From: Candidatus Daviesbacteria bacterium
Lineage (GTDB): Bacteria; Patescibacteriota; Microgenomatia; Daviesbacterales; UBA10151
Direction: 5' to 3'
Assembly: GCA_016187035.1 (NCBI GenBank)
Contig: JACPKL010000005.1
Coordinates: 7,150-71,149, forward strand
DNA: 64,000 nucleotides
Shown: positions 1 to 8,473 of the stretch, piece after piece
Layout of the letters: each line of letters opens with the position of its first letter
How positions within the stretch are numbered: the first letter of the stretch is position 1
Position numbers and translations under genes: made by a program
The notes under the pieces: model-generated
Seen by the model: the letters and a program-made list of their open reading frames with translations, nothing else
Databases searched by the model: none
What the model was told of the DNA's origin: nothing

Positions 1-1987
1 TTGTATAAGAAGTATCAGGAATATTTTCCTCAATTTCTCCGTTATCTTTAATGCCTGTGTGTTTATCCCCGTCATATAATTCCAATTCCCCGTCATCTAA
101 AGTAAGCTGTTGCCCTTCCAGATCAATTTTGAGGCTTTTTACTTCTGCAGGTAAAGCATTGTCATCATTTAAAATAGATTTAACAGTTTGCATGGCAACT
201 CCATCCTTTCGTACTAAATCAACGTGTTCTTGTTCGGTATAATAGATTGTTGCTCCAGCAGAAAAGTCTTTTGAATTACTTTTTAATGACGCACTATAAA
301 GAGGAACAGTGCCGTCACCATTAACAAAAATCTCATCTCTTTTAGGAATGAGGTTGATAGGCCAAGTAATCCACCAAGTTTCTCTAATCTGTCCTAAAGT
401 TGGTTGATTAGAGCCAACTATACTATACAATTTGACATCATTACTTTTTTCAAAAAGTGATTGAGTTGAATCGTGTAATTGTTCTGCTAAGTTGAACACT
501 GCCATATTAAGATCTAAATTGGTTAAGAGGATTTTTATTTGATTAAAGTCTAGATCCCCTGTGATTTTGTTATTATCTATATCTCTTTCATCGCGGAATG
601 GGTATAGTTGATCTGTATTCGAGTTGTCGTAGAAATCAAAATAATGCTTCGATGGTAAGAGTTGGAATGCTGAAGATAGGTTTTGGAAGATATCTTTTAT
701 TTCAGATCCTGATATTCCGATATTGAAGAATCTTAAAATTGGTTTACCTAATGGTAAACCATAAACTATTGCCTTTATATCTTCCACTGCACCCAAATGA
801 GGAACACCTAGTTCTATTAATTTATTAATCTTGGAAGATTTTGAGGAATCTGAGATATAATATCTGGCTAATAAGCCTCCCATGGAGTGAGCTACCAGGT
901 TAACTTTGGATTGGCCTGATAGAGTTTTAGCTTGTTCTATTAAACTATCCAAACTATCCTTATTAGAGCGGACATCTTTTCTCCAGTCATATGGAAAAAT
1001 AAAATAGTTAGTCCCTTTCACATATCCCATACTTTCAAAAAATGAATCAATTTCTCCATACCCAAAAGGAGTTAAATTACCTGTTAAGGACAAATCTGCT
1101 GCTGAGGTTTGCCCATCAGCTTTCAGTCTTAATACATCAAAATAATCATCATCTCCCAGCTTAGTTGCTTCATCCTGGTTAACCCAAATTTTTTCGTCTT
1201 GTCCATAACCATGATTAAACTCTCCACCATGTCCATCAGGGGCTTTCCAGAAAATCTGTTGACTGGCTTTTAACTCTGATCCACCTATGCCAGGGATAAA
1301 AATTACAGGCAGTTTAGGTGGAGGAGGTGGAGGAGAATTGTTATTTAAGACAAAATATATATCACTTTTTGCATTGCCCCAGACATAGCAACCATTGCGA
1401 TAAGGGTTTGTGCCATTCCAGATATAAGTTAGAGGATTACAACTGCCTGAATTATTGTCGTAATCATAGCGGTTGCTATTAGCATATCTGACACCTCCAT
1501 CAGGGAAATAATCAGTGTTTCCTGAAGACAAAGCAGCAGCAAACAAAATTGTGCTTCCTATATTGGCATTGGAGATTTTGATTAAATATCTATGACCAGG
1601 GATAAAATTATAATTATGGCAGGAAAAATCCAAAGTGACATCTTCATACCCTGCTGGCACACCGCCTGTATTAAAAGTTAAACCTTTAAAGCGTCCATTA
1701 TCACCTGGAGGGCTGCAGCTAACAATATATTTATTAGTAGTTTTATCGTATAGCTTGGAATTGTTCGTAGTATGATCAAATTGACTTAAGTTTGACTTTG
1801 CTGCGCTTACTCTAAAAGTAAAGCTTTCAAAAGTACCGGTTAGATTAGTTCCAAGTTCTTGGATGATTTGAAAAGCATTTAGTTGGTCTGAGAACATTTC
1901 AGTTTGGGAGGCAATAGTGACTGCTAAACCATCCTTAGGTAGGATTAGGGTAAAAATTATTAAAATAATCCACAAGATGGCCCTCAT
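1..1987 (-). CDS. Secreted LCAT/lipase-like alpha/beta hydrolase (partial; 3' end runs off the left edge)
   Basis: Absent from the supplied ORF track because no stop lies in-window. Reverse-strand reading from ATG at 1987 (MRAILWIILIIFTLILP, signal/TM-like) stays open to position 1. Has a PPPPPP linker, PVIFIPGIGGSEL, and the nucleophile elbow VAHSMGG (codons 875-892). Confidence 0.75.
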   Translation of the reverse strand, partial: MRAILWIILIIFTLILPKDGLAVTIASQTEMFSDQLNAFQIIQELGTNLTGTFESFTFRVSAAKSNLSQFDHTTNNSKLYDKTTNKYIVSCSPPGDNGRFKGLTFNTGGVPAGYEDVTLDFSCHNYNFIPGHRYLIKISNANIGSTILFAAALSSGNTDYFPDGGVRYANSNRYDYDNNSGSCNPLTYIWNGTNPYRNGCYVWGNAKSDIYFVLNNNSPPPPPPKLPVIFIPGIGGSELKASQQIFWKAPDGHGGEFNHGYGQDEKIWVNQDEATKLGDDDYFDVLRLKADGQTSAADLSLTGNLTPFGYGEIDSFFESMGYVKGTNYFIFPYDWRKDVRSNKDSLDSLIEQAKTLSGQSKVNLVAHSMGGLLARYYISDSSKSSKINKLIELGVPHLGAVEDIKAIVYGLPLGKPILRFFNIGISGSEIKDIFQNLSSAFQLLPSKHYFDFYDNSNTDQLYPFRDERDIDNNKITGDLDFNQIKILLTNLDLNMAVFNLAEQLHDSTQSLFEKSNDVKLYSIVGSNQPTLGQIRETWWITWPINLIPKRDEIFVNGDGTVPLYSASLKSNSKDFSAGATIYYTEQEHVDLVRKDGVAMQTVKSILNDDNALPAEVKSLKIDLEGQQLTLDDGELELYDGDKHTGIKDNGEIEENIPDTSYT

Positions 1988-2067
1988 TTTCAAGCCAATT
2001 GTTGATCATGGAAAAGAAATTAACAATATATCTTTAACATAACAAACAAATACAATCCACCTCTGAG

Positions 2068-2793
2068 GTGTATAATAGGCAAATGTTTACAAACCAGAAA
2101 ATTTTAACAGTTTTTCTGATTTTATTTGTGATAGGGGCTTCTGTGTTTTTTGCCTTTACTAAATTCAAACAAGAAGTAAATAGCGTGACAGCCTCTCCTT
2201 CTCCCTCGCCTTCTCCTTTAGATTTTCTTTTGACTAAGACTCCTGCCCCTACTGCTGTGAACAACCAAACTCAATCAACTTCTCAACCTACTTCCCAGCC
2301 AACCGAGTTACCCTTGGAAAAAAACAAAAGATTAACCCAGTTTCCGGGAGTTTTGACAGATGAAAGCTTAGGAAATAAAAAAGCAGTGATACAAACGAAT
2401 AAAGGTACTATCCAAATTCAAATTTTTCCTGAAACAAAACTTGCCTCATCTAATTTTATGATTTTAGCAGCCAAGGGCTTTTATAATGGGTTGACCTTTC
2501 ACAGGGTAGAAGACTGGGTGGTCCAGGGAGGAGATCCAGAAGGAACAGGCAGAGGTGGGCCTGGGTATCAATTTAATGACGAGCCTGTAAACAGGTCTTA
2601 TGTAAGAGGGATAGTAGCTATGGCTAATGCTGGACCTAATACCAACGGCAGCCAATTTTTTATCTTAAAAAGAGATTATCCACTTGAGCCTCAATATACC
2701 ATTTTTGGCCAAGTTATTTCCGGGATTGATGTGGTAGATAATTTATCTGTTTCAGATGTGATACAAAAGGCGGTTGTCCAAAATCTTCAGTAA
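2068..2793 (+). CDS. Cyclophilin-type peptidyl-prolyl cis-trans isomerase, N-terminally membrane anchored
   Basis: TM helix ILTVFLILFVIGASVFFAF, SPSPSPSP linker, then cyclophilin core FHRVEDWVVQGGDPEGTGRGGPGY and MANAGPNTNGSQFFI. Confidence 0.9.
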   Translation: MYNRQMFTNQKILTVFLILFVIGASVFFAFTKFKQEVNSVTASPSPSPSPLDFLLTKTPAPTAVNNQTQSTSQPTSQPTELPLEKNKRLTQFPGVLTDESLGNKKAVIQTNKGTIQIQIFPETKLASSNFMILAAKGFYNGLTFHRVEDWVVQGGDPEGTGRGGPGYQFNDEPVNRSYVRGIVAMANAGPNTNGSQFFILKRDYPLEPQYTIFGQVISGIDVVDNLSVSDVIQKAVVQNLQ

Positions 2794-2811
2794 TAGTGAG
2801 CTAAGTCGAAC

Positions 2812-2829
2812 TATACAATATATTGTATA
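2812..2829. promoter_or_regulatory. Candidate NrdR box upstream of nrdR-nrdJ
   Basis: Perfect 18-bp palindrome TATACAATATATTGTATA. Its inner 16-mer matches the NrdR-box consensus acaCwAtATaTwGtgt at 14/16 positions. It abuts a TTGACA hexamer at 2830-2835. Confidence 0.55.
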
Positions 2830-2843
2830 TTGACAGTGTAGGG

Positions 2844-2859
2844 TATCAATATGTTATGG
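2844..2859. promoter_or_regulatory. Weaker second NrdR-box-like site
   Basis: TATCAATATGTTATGG matches about 10/16 of the consensus. Its centre lies 31 bp from the centre of the first box, the usual tandem-box phasing. Confidence 0.3.
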
Positions 2860-2886
2860 TATAAGTATAATTACTTTATTTAAAGG

Positions 2887-3330
2887 ATGAAATGCCCATT
2901 TTGTCAGAGTAGTTTGTCAAAAGTGATAGATAAAAGAGCAGTTGATAGCCGTGGGGAAATCCGCAGGCGCAGGGAGTGTTTAAAGTGCAGCAGACGCTTC
3001 ACGACTTATGAGACTGTAGCTGAGGTTGAGGTTTTGGTTATTAAAAGAGATGGAAAACGTGAACTGTTTGTGAGAGAGAAATTAGAAAGAGGTTTGAGCA
3101 AGGCTTTGGAAAAAAGACCAGGGATTGACAAGACCACTGAGGTAGTTGATAGAATAGAAGGCCGGATTAGAAATAGAAAGCTATCAGAAATTTCTTCACA
3201 AACTTTGGGCAAGTGGGTCCTTTCAGAACTTAAGAAACTAGATCTGATTGCTTATTTAAGGTTTGCTAGTGTGTACAGGACATTTTCCGATCCAAGAGAC
3301 TTTGCAAAAGAGTTGAAAACACTATCATGA
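2887..3330 (+). CDS. nrdR: Transcriptional repressor NrdR (zinc ribbon + ATP-cone)
   Basis: MKCPFCQS...CLKCSRRFTTYE zinc ribbon followed by an ATP-cone. 147 aa. Its stop overlaps the nrdJ start (ATGA at 3327-3330). Confidence 0.95.
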   Translation: MKCPFCQSSLSKVIDKRAVDSRGEIRRRRECLKCSRRFTTYETVAEVEVLVIKRDGKRELFVREKLERGLSKALEKRPGIDKTTEVVDRIEGRIRNRKLSEISSQTLGKWVLSELKKLDLIAYLRFASVYRTFSDPRDFAKELKTLS

Positions 3331-6300
3331 TAAAAAAAAGACAATATAGACCAACATTACAAATAATTACAGCACCAAAAGTTGGCAGGCCTAAAAAAAC
3401 TAATGGTGAATATGAACCTAATGGAATAGATAAAAATTCGCGTTCATTTGAAACCAGATTTGTTCCAAGATATAAAAAGATCCCTTCTTTGCCCCGAGGA
3501 CTACCCCAACCTGCTTTTTCTGAGAGTTCAAATAAGATTTTAAAAGAAAGATATTTGTTAAAAGGAGGAAATTTAGAAGTTACAGAAACTGTATCTGAAA
3601 GATTTTGGCATATTGCTTATGATATTGCCTCTGCAGATTTTGATTTCTCAGTTCCTGGCAAGCAAGTTTTTGAGACGGCTAAGCTGTTTTATACCATGAT
3701 GGTTAATCAGGAGTTTTTGCCTAATTCCCCTACTATTATGAATGCAGGCAAACAGAACGGATTACAATATTCAGCTTGTTTTGTTTTGCCTGTTGGTGAT
3801 TCCATCGGGGAAATTTTTGATAGCGTTAAGTATGCGGCACAAATCCACAAATCAGGAGGTGGAACCGGTTTTGCATTTTCCCGTCTTAGACCAAAAGACA
3901 GTATTGTTGCCACAACCGGTGGGGTTGCCTCCGGACCGGTCTCGTTTTTAAGAGTATTTAATGCTGCCACTGAAGCTATCAAACAAGGGGGCTGTTTCTC
4001 TGAAGATGCCTTGATTATGACTCATTTAGGTCTAGTCCCAATTAAAGAGATTGTTGAACAAAAAAGGACTTGGTATGTAGCTACTCATTTAGGCTTACAG
4101 CAAGTTACTGCTAAATTTGATAATGGGCAAAAAAAGCTTTATCAGGTGAAAACCCAGGCTGGTTTTACAGTCAAAGTTACAGCTGGGCATAAGTTTTTAA
4201 CAGCTGATAAAATGGGACATTTTTATCTTAAACCTTTATCTGACTTTCAAGTAGATGATCACTTAACGCTTTTGTTGGGAGCTTGGCCGGAAGATATTCC
4301 TTATGCTTTATTAAATACTGCAATCCCACAAAAATCTAAATACTCTTATGGCAGAATAGATATCAACTTGCCAAAACATCTTGATGAGAAATTGGCTTTT
4401 TTAATTGGTGTTTATCATGCTGATGGCTCAAAGATTTCTGATGAATATTCGCCTAATGGTAAGGGATTAAGAGTCGCTGTAGCAGAAAACAGGCCACAAG
4501 ATTTGCTTAAATTGACCAAAACAATAAAAGATATATTCGGATTGGATTGTACAATTACTAAAGGAGATGGAGCTGTCTATAATGTTAATTGTTTCTCCAG
4601 AAGTGTTAATGAGTTTTTAGCCTTGAACGGATTACTAAAAGAATCCTCAGTGGCAGTTACTGTTCCTGATATGATTTTTACTTCACCTAGAAGGGTGATT
4701 GAATCATACATAGCAGGAGTGTTTTTGGGTGACGGGGGAAATAGAGGGGGTAAGGGTGGGTTTAGGATCTCAACTGTTTCTAAAACCTTTGCACAACAGA
4801 TACAGGTATTACTTTTAAATCTAGGTATTGCCTCAAAAATAGCTGTTGAAAATAGACAAAGCAAGAATTGGAGAGATCTCTATAATGTTACCATTAATGG
4901 TAATCGCTTTATGAAAAAGTTTGCTGTTGTGATTTCTCCATATACTGAAAAAGTTAATGACCATCCAGTTTCTCATAAAGACTACGCCTTTAGGTGGCCT
5001 TTTAATTTAACTGAAAAGTATCTTCATTTATCAGGAATTCAAAGTGTTACTCCGGTTGGTAATATCTCTACTACTCAAAAGACAGTAGCATTTTTGCAAC
5101 AAAACGTAGGCTTTATTAATGAACAGGATCGCAATGACATATCACTCCTTGCCTCATGTGTTTCTGACAAAATTGCCTCTATTGAGTATATAGGGAAAGG
5201 TTATGTTTATGATTTAGAAGTGGGTAACACCCATCTTCTATCAGGAAATGGTTTTTATACCTCAAATTCCAGAAGAGGAGCAAACATGGGGATTTTAAGA
5301 ATAGATCATCCTGATATTTTAGAATTTATCAGGTGTAAAGCAGAGCTTGATGATACTAATAAACCAATATTTGAATCTGTAGCGCCGCTTCTGCCTGATG
5401 ATTCGACTAGAGAATATTTTAAGACTTTGCTTTTAGATAAACAGATTTCCAACTTTAACATTTCTTGTGCTATTACAGAAAAATTCATGGAAGCTTTGGA
5501 AAAGGATAAGGATTATGATTTGATTGATCCACATTCAGGTGAGGCTGTTGGTAAATTAAATGCTAGGCAGGTTTTTGATGAGATAGTGGAAAGGGCCTGG
5601 GCTACAGGAGATCCTGGTTTAATCTTTATTGACAGGATAAACAACTCCCCTGCCAATCCTGTACCATCCCTGGAAACTATTGAAAGCACAAATCCGTGCG
5701 GAGAACAGCCTCTGGCATCTTGGGATGCTTGTAACTTGGGATCAATAAACTTGGGTAAATTTGTTAAGGGAGATGGTAGCGGGGTGGATTGGGAAAGACT
5801 TGGGAACACAGTTAAGCTGGCTGTGCACTTTTTGGATAATGTTGTCCAAACTAACCCCTTTACCTTAAAACAGATTTATGATGAGGTACACCAAAATAGA
5901 AGGATAGGGTTGGGGGTAATGGGCTGGGCTGATATGCTGTTTATATTAAAAATTCCTTATAATTCTGAAGAGGCTTTAAAGTTAGCTGAACAGGTGATGC
6001 AGTTTATTAATGAAGAAGGACATAAGATGAGTGAGGATTTAGCTCAAGTGCGCGGGTCTTTTCCTAATTGGTCGAATTCCATCTATGCTGATGGAAACCC
6101 AATCAGAAACTCAACAATTACCACCATTGCTCCTACCGGAACAATTTCTATAATTGGTGATTGTTCTTCTGGAATTGAACCAGTTTTTGCCTTAGCCTAT
6201 ATTCATAAAGCTAAAAGTGTTGGCGATCAGTATAGAATTTTAACAATTGCTAATCAGACTTTTGCAGAGATAGCTAGAGAAAAGGGTTTTTGGTCTGATG

Positions 6301-7133
6301 ATTTAGCTGAAAAAGTTTTAGAAAAAGGTTCTGTGGCAGGGATACCAGAAGTGCCTGAGGAATGGCAAAAGGTTTTTGTAACTGCTCCAGAGATTGATCC
6401 AATTTTCCATGTAAAGATGCAAGCTGCATTTCAAAAATATACTGATAATGGAGTTTCCAAAACAATTAATTTACCAAATTCAGCAACAGTTGATGATGTG
6501 AGGACAGCTTATATGCTCTCGTACCAGACAGGCTGCAATGGCATTACTATTTACAGAGATGGGTCTAAGGCAGTTCAGGTTTTAAATGTTTCATCTGCTT
6601 TACAGAAAACTCAACAAGAAGTTATTCCTGTGGCTGAGAGGCCAATGATACTGCGTGGCAGAACCTATAAAGTATCTACTCCTGTGGGAGAAGCATTCAT
6701 TACTATTAATAGGGATGAGCAGGATCAACCATTTGAAGTATTTGTGACTGTTGGAAAAGGTGGGATGCATACAATGGCAGATGCTGAAGCAATGGGGAGA
6801 TTGGTTTCTTTATCTTTAAGGTTATCCAGAGCTGGTAAAAGTTTACCAAAGGAAGTTGCTCAAAAAATTACTCAGCAGTTAAGAGGAATTGGAGGAGCTT
6901 CAACAGTAGGGTTTGGGAAAAATAGGGTGATGAGTTTAGCTGATGCAATTGCTAAAGTTTTGTCAGAAGATTCGGCCCAGTCATCAACTGCTCAAACAGC
7001 AGAACCGATACCATTAAATTTAACTTCTTCTTCCAAGACCCAGGCAGATTTGTGTCCTGAATGCGGCAGCGCCTCCTTTGTAATGGAAGAAGGCTGTAAA
7101 AAATGCCATAGCTGTGGATACTCAATGTGTTAA
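3327..7133 (+). CDS. nrdJ: Class II (adenosylcobalamin-dependent) ribonucleotide reductase, interrupted by an intein
   Basis: 1268 aa. Has the extein motif KQGG / SRRGANMG split by the insert, TNPCGEQPL, NLGSINL, and a C-terminal Cys-rich zinc ribbon CPECGS...CKKCHSCG. The extein is 843 aa once the insert is removed. Confidence 0.9.
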   Translation: MIKKRQYRPTLQIITAPKVGRPKKTNGEYEPNGIDKNSRSFETRFVPRYKKIPSLPRGLPQPAFSESSNKILKERYLLKGGNLEVTETVSERFWHIAYDIASADFDFSVPGKQVFETAKLFYTMMVNQEFLPNSPTIMNAGKQNGLQYSACFVLPVGDSIGEIFDSVKYAAQIHKSGGGTGFAFSRLRPKDSIVATTGGVASGPVSFLRVFNAATEAIKQGGCFSEDALIMTHLGLVPIKEIVEQKRTWYVATHLGLQQVTAKFDNGQKKLYQVKTQAGFTVKVTAGHKFLTADKMGHFYLKPLSDFQVDDHLTLLLGAWPEDIPYALLNTAIPQKSKYSYGRIDINLPKHLDEKLAFLIGVYHADGSKISDEYSPNGKGLRVAVAENRPQDLLKLTKTIKDIFGLDCTITKGDGAVYNVNCFSRSVNEFLALNGLLKESSVAVTVPDMIFTSPRRVIESYIAGVFLGDGGNRGGKGGFRISTVSKTFAQQIQVLLLNLGIASKIAVENRQSKNWRDLYNVTINGNRFMKKFAVVISPYTEKVNDHPVSHKDYAFRWPFNLTEKYLHLSGIQSVTPVGNISTTQKTVAFLQQNVGFINEQDRNDISLLASCVSDKIASIEYIGKGYVYDLEVGNTHLLSGNGFYTSNSRRGANMGILRIDHPDILEFIRCKAELDDTNKPIFESVAPLLPDDSTREYFKTLLLDKQISNFNISCAITEKFMEALEKDKDYDLIDPHSGEAVGKLNARQVFDEIVERAWATGDPGLIFIDRINNSPANPVPSLETIESTNPCGEQPLASWDACNLGSINLGKFVKGDGSGVDWERLGNTVKLAVHFLDNVVQTNPFTLKQIYDEVHQNRRIGLGVMGWADMLFILKIPYNSEEALKLAEQVMQFINEEGHKMSEDLAQVRGSFPNWSNSIYADGNPIRNSTITTIAPTGTISIIGDCSSGIEPVFALAYIHKAKSVGDQYRILTIANQTFAEIAREKGFWSDDLAEKVLEKGSVAGIPEVPEEWQKVFVTAPEIDPIFHVKMQAAFQKYTDNGVSKTINLPNSATVDDVRTAYMLSYQTGCNGITIYRDGSKAVQVLNVSSALQKTQQEVIPVAERPMILRGRTYKVSTPVGEAFITINRDEQDQPFEVFVTVGKGGMHTMADAEAMGRLVSLSLRLSRAGKSLPKEVAQKITQQLRGIGGASTVGFGKNRVMSLADAIAKVLSEDSAQSSTAQTAEPIPLNLTSSSKTQADLCPECGSASFVMEEGCKKCHSCGYSMC
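3993..5267 (+). mobile_element. Intein with LAGLIDADG homing-endonuclease domain (425 aa) inside nrdJ
   Basis: Starts at Cys (CFSEDALIMT) directly after KQGG. Has block B TAGH, two LAGLIDADG-like motifs (LAFLIGVYHADGS, YIAGVFLGDGG), block F VYDLEVGNTHLL, and ends ...FYTSN followed by +1 Ser (SRRGANMG). Confidence 0.85.
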
Positions 7134-7144
7134 GCTTATTAGCT

Positions 7145-7160
7145 TTCCACCCCAAGGGTG
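7145..7160. repeat. REP-like motif copy 1 (TTCCACCCCAAGGGTG)
   Basis: CCACCC-CAA-GGGTG hairpin core 12 nt after the nrdJ stop. Identical over 16 nt to the copy at 7852. Confidence 0.7.
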
Positions 7161-7165
7161 CCCCC

Positions 7166-7810
7166 TCAAATTTCTTCTAAAACTTGATGTTTTATTTGTT
7201 CTAATCTTTCTCCGTAATCCACCTGGTCTAAGATATATTGTCTATAATCTTGAGGGTTTTTAAAAAAACCTAAAATTTCCTGTTTAGCACAAAAACCATC
7301 CACCTCACCTAAATATTCCTTATAAGAAGACCATTCATAACTTTCTAAATCTTTTACTAAAAGTGAGACTCTAGGATTCAGATGAATGTATCTGGAAAGA
7401 TGAATTAATTGTTCGTCTTTTTCTATAAGAACAGATTTGAATTCCCCTTGCAGGAGATGACCAATCCTATTATATTTGGCATTGTAATACTTTGTGTAAC
7501 TGTTGCTTATTTTACCCACAAATTCTGTGATTCCTCCATCCACTGACTGTCTGAGTAGCAGATGAAAATGGTTAGGCATCAGACAATAGGAAACAATATC
7601 TACAATCTTTTTAGATGGATCTGGTCTAAAAGTTTGAAATTGAGAAAAATTAGAAAATTTTGGTTTTGGCCCCGAATGCTGATAATAATTTAAAGTTTTT
7701 ATAAATCTTTGGTAATCTCTTCTGCTACTAAAAATTAACCTTTTTTCATTACCACGGTTATAAACATGATAAAAGTAACCATTGGCGAAGGGAAAAATTC
7801 TTGATGGCAT
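7166..7810 (-). CDS. REP-associated / IS200-like Y1 (HUH) transposase
   Basis: YHVYNRGN, HUH motif MPNHFHLLL and catalytic-Tyr region RYIHLNP. 214 aa. Confidence 0.85.
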   Translation of the reverse strand: MPSRIFPFANGYFYHVYNRGNEKRLIFSSRRDYQRFIKTLNYYQHSGPKPKFSNFSQFQTFRPDPSKKIVDIVSYCLMPNHFHLLLRQSVDGGITEFVGKISNSYTKYYNAKYNRIGHLLQGEFKSVLIEKDEQLIHLSRYIHLNPRVSLLVKDLESYEWSSYKEYLGEVDGFCAKQEILGFFKNPQDYRQYILDQVDYGERLEQIKHQVLEEI

Positions 7811-7851
7811 TCGATCTTAGCATATTCTAAAAATCCGCAGGTGTCAACCTA

Positions 7852-7870
7852 TTCCACCCCAAGGGTGGAA
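7852..7870. repeat. REP-like motif copy 2 (TTCCACCC-CAA-GGGTGGAA hairpin)
   Basis: Perfect 8-bp stem with a 3-nt loop. Shares TTCCACCCCAAGGGTG with 7145-7160. Confidence 0.7.
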
Positions 7871-7905
7871 GTAGTAATTAAGCTTGAGTTTGCTAAAATG
7901 AGCTC

Positions 7906-8433
7906 ATGGATAAGGGATTAGTGATTGTTTATACTGGTGAAGGAAAAGGGAAAACTACTGCTGCTTTGGGATTAGTGCTGAGGGCTTCTGGTTACAACAA
8001 AAGATGTTTTGTTGTTCAATTTGGCAAAGCTTGGTTTACAGGAGAGCTTGTTGGAATTAAAAAGCTAGGCACCAAGGTGAAAATAATCCAAGGCGGTAAA
8101 GGTTTTTTAAACATCTTAGGGAGTAAGATTTCCAAAACAGAGCATAAAAAAGCAGCTAATCAGACTTATGATATATTATATAAGGAAGTTATGTCCAATA
8201 ATTGGGATATAGTGGTAGCTGATGAGATTATTGGTGCAGTCTCATCTAAAGTCTTATCTATTACAAGACTTTTACAGCTTATCAATGATAAACCTTCCCA
8301 ATTAGATTTAGTATTAACAGGCCATCATGCTCCAAAGGAGTTGATTAAATTGGCTGATCTAGTAACCGAGATGAGGGAAGTCAAACATCCGTACCGAGTG
8401 GGAATTTTAGCAAAAAAAGGGATTGACTTTTAG
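7906..8433 (+). CDS. cobA: Cob(I)alamin (cob(I)yrinic acid a,c-diamide) adenosyltransferase, CobA/BtuR type
   Basis: 175 aa. P-loop YTGEGKGKTTAALG followed by VVQF.K, the typical CobA/CobO/BtuR layout. Confidence 0.8.
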   Translation: MDKGLVIVYTGEGKGKTTAALGLVLRASGYNKRCFVVQFGKAWFTGELVGIKKLGTKVKIIQGGKGFLNILGSKISKTEHKKAANQTYDILYKEVMSNNWDIVVADEIIGAVSSKVLSITRLLQLINDKPSQLDLVLTGHHAPKELIKLADLVTEMREVKHPYRVGILAKKGIDF

Positions 8434-8473
8434 CACTTTGGGTGATAGACTGCTAAGTATAGATTTATAGATT

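Larger units (their letters stand above)
7132..7885. mobile_element. REPtron-like / IS200-family cassette (Y1 transposase plus flanking hairpin repeats)
   Basis: Left end AAGCTTATTAGCTTTCCACCCCAAGGGTG (7132-7160) and the reverse complement of the right end AAGCTTAATTACTACTTCCACCCTTGGGGTGG (7885-7855) form imperfect inverted ends. They enclose the transposase gene. The cassette sits exactly between the nrdJ stop and the cobA start. Confidence 0.6.

Noticed and set aside
2830-2871. Tried to assign a precise -35/-10 pair for nrdR.
   Set aside because: TTGACA (2830-2835) and TATAAT (2866-2871) are 30 nt apart, which is too far. The intermediate candidates (TATGGT, TATAAG) are weak. The promoter is left unassigned apart from the operator-like palindrome.
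3707-3982. Antisense or alternate-frame ORFs nested inside long conserved genes (for example 3707-3982, 4577-4864, 5513-5809, 8407-8820, 9484-9759, 10210-10593, 12596-12862, 25411-25812, 26399-26878, 30366-30702, 45278-45559, 49530-49820).
   Set aside because: Each lies wholly within a gene with strong family motifs on the other strand or frame. Their translations are low-complexity and motif-free, so they are treated as shadow ORFs.
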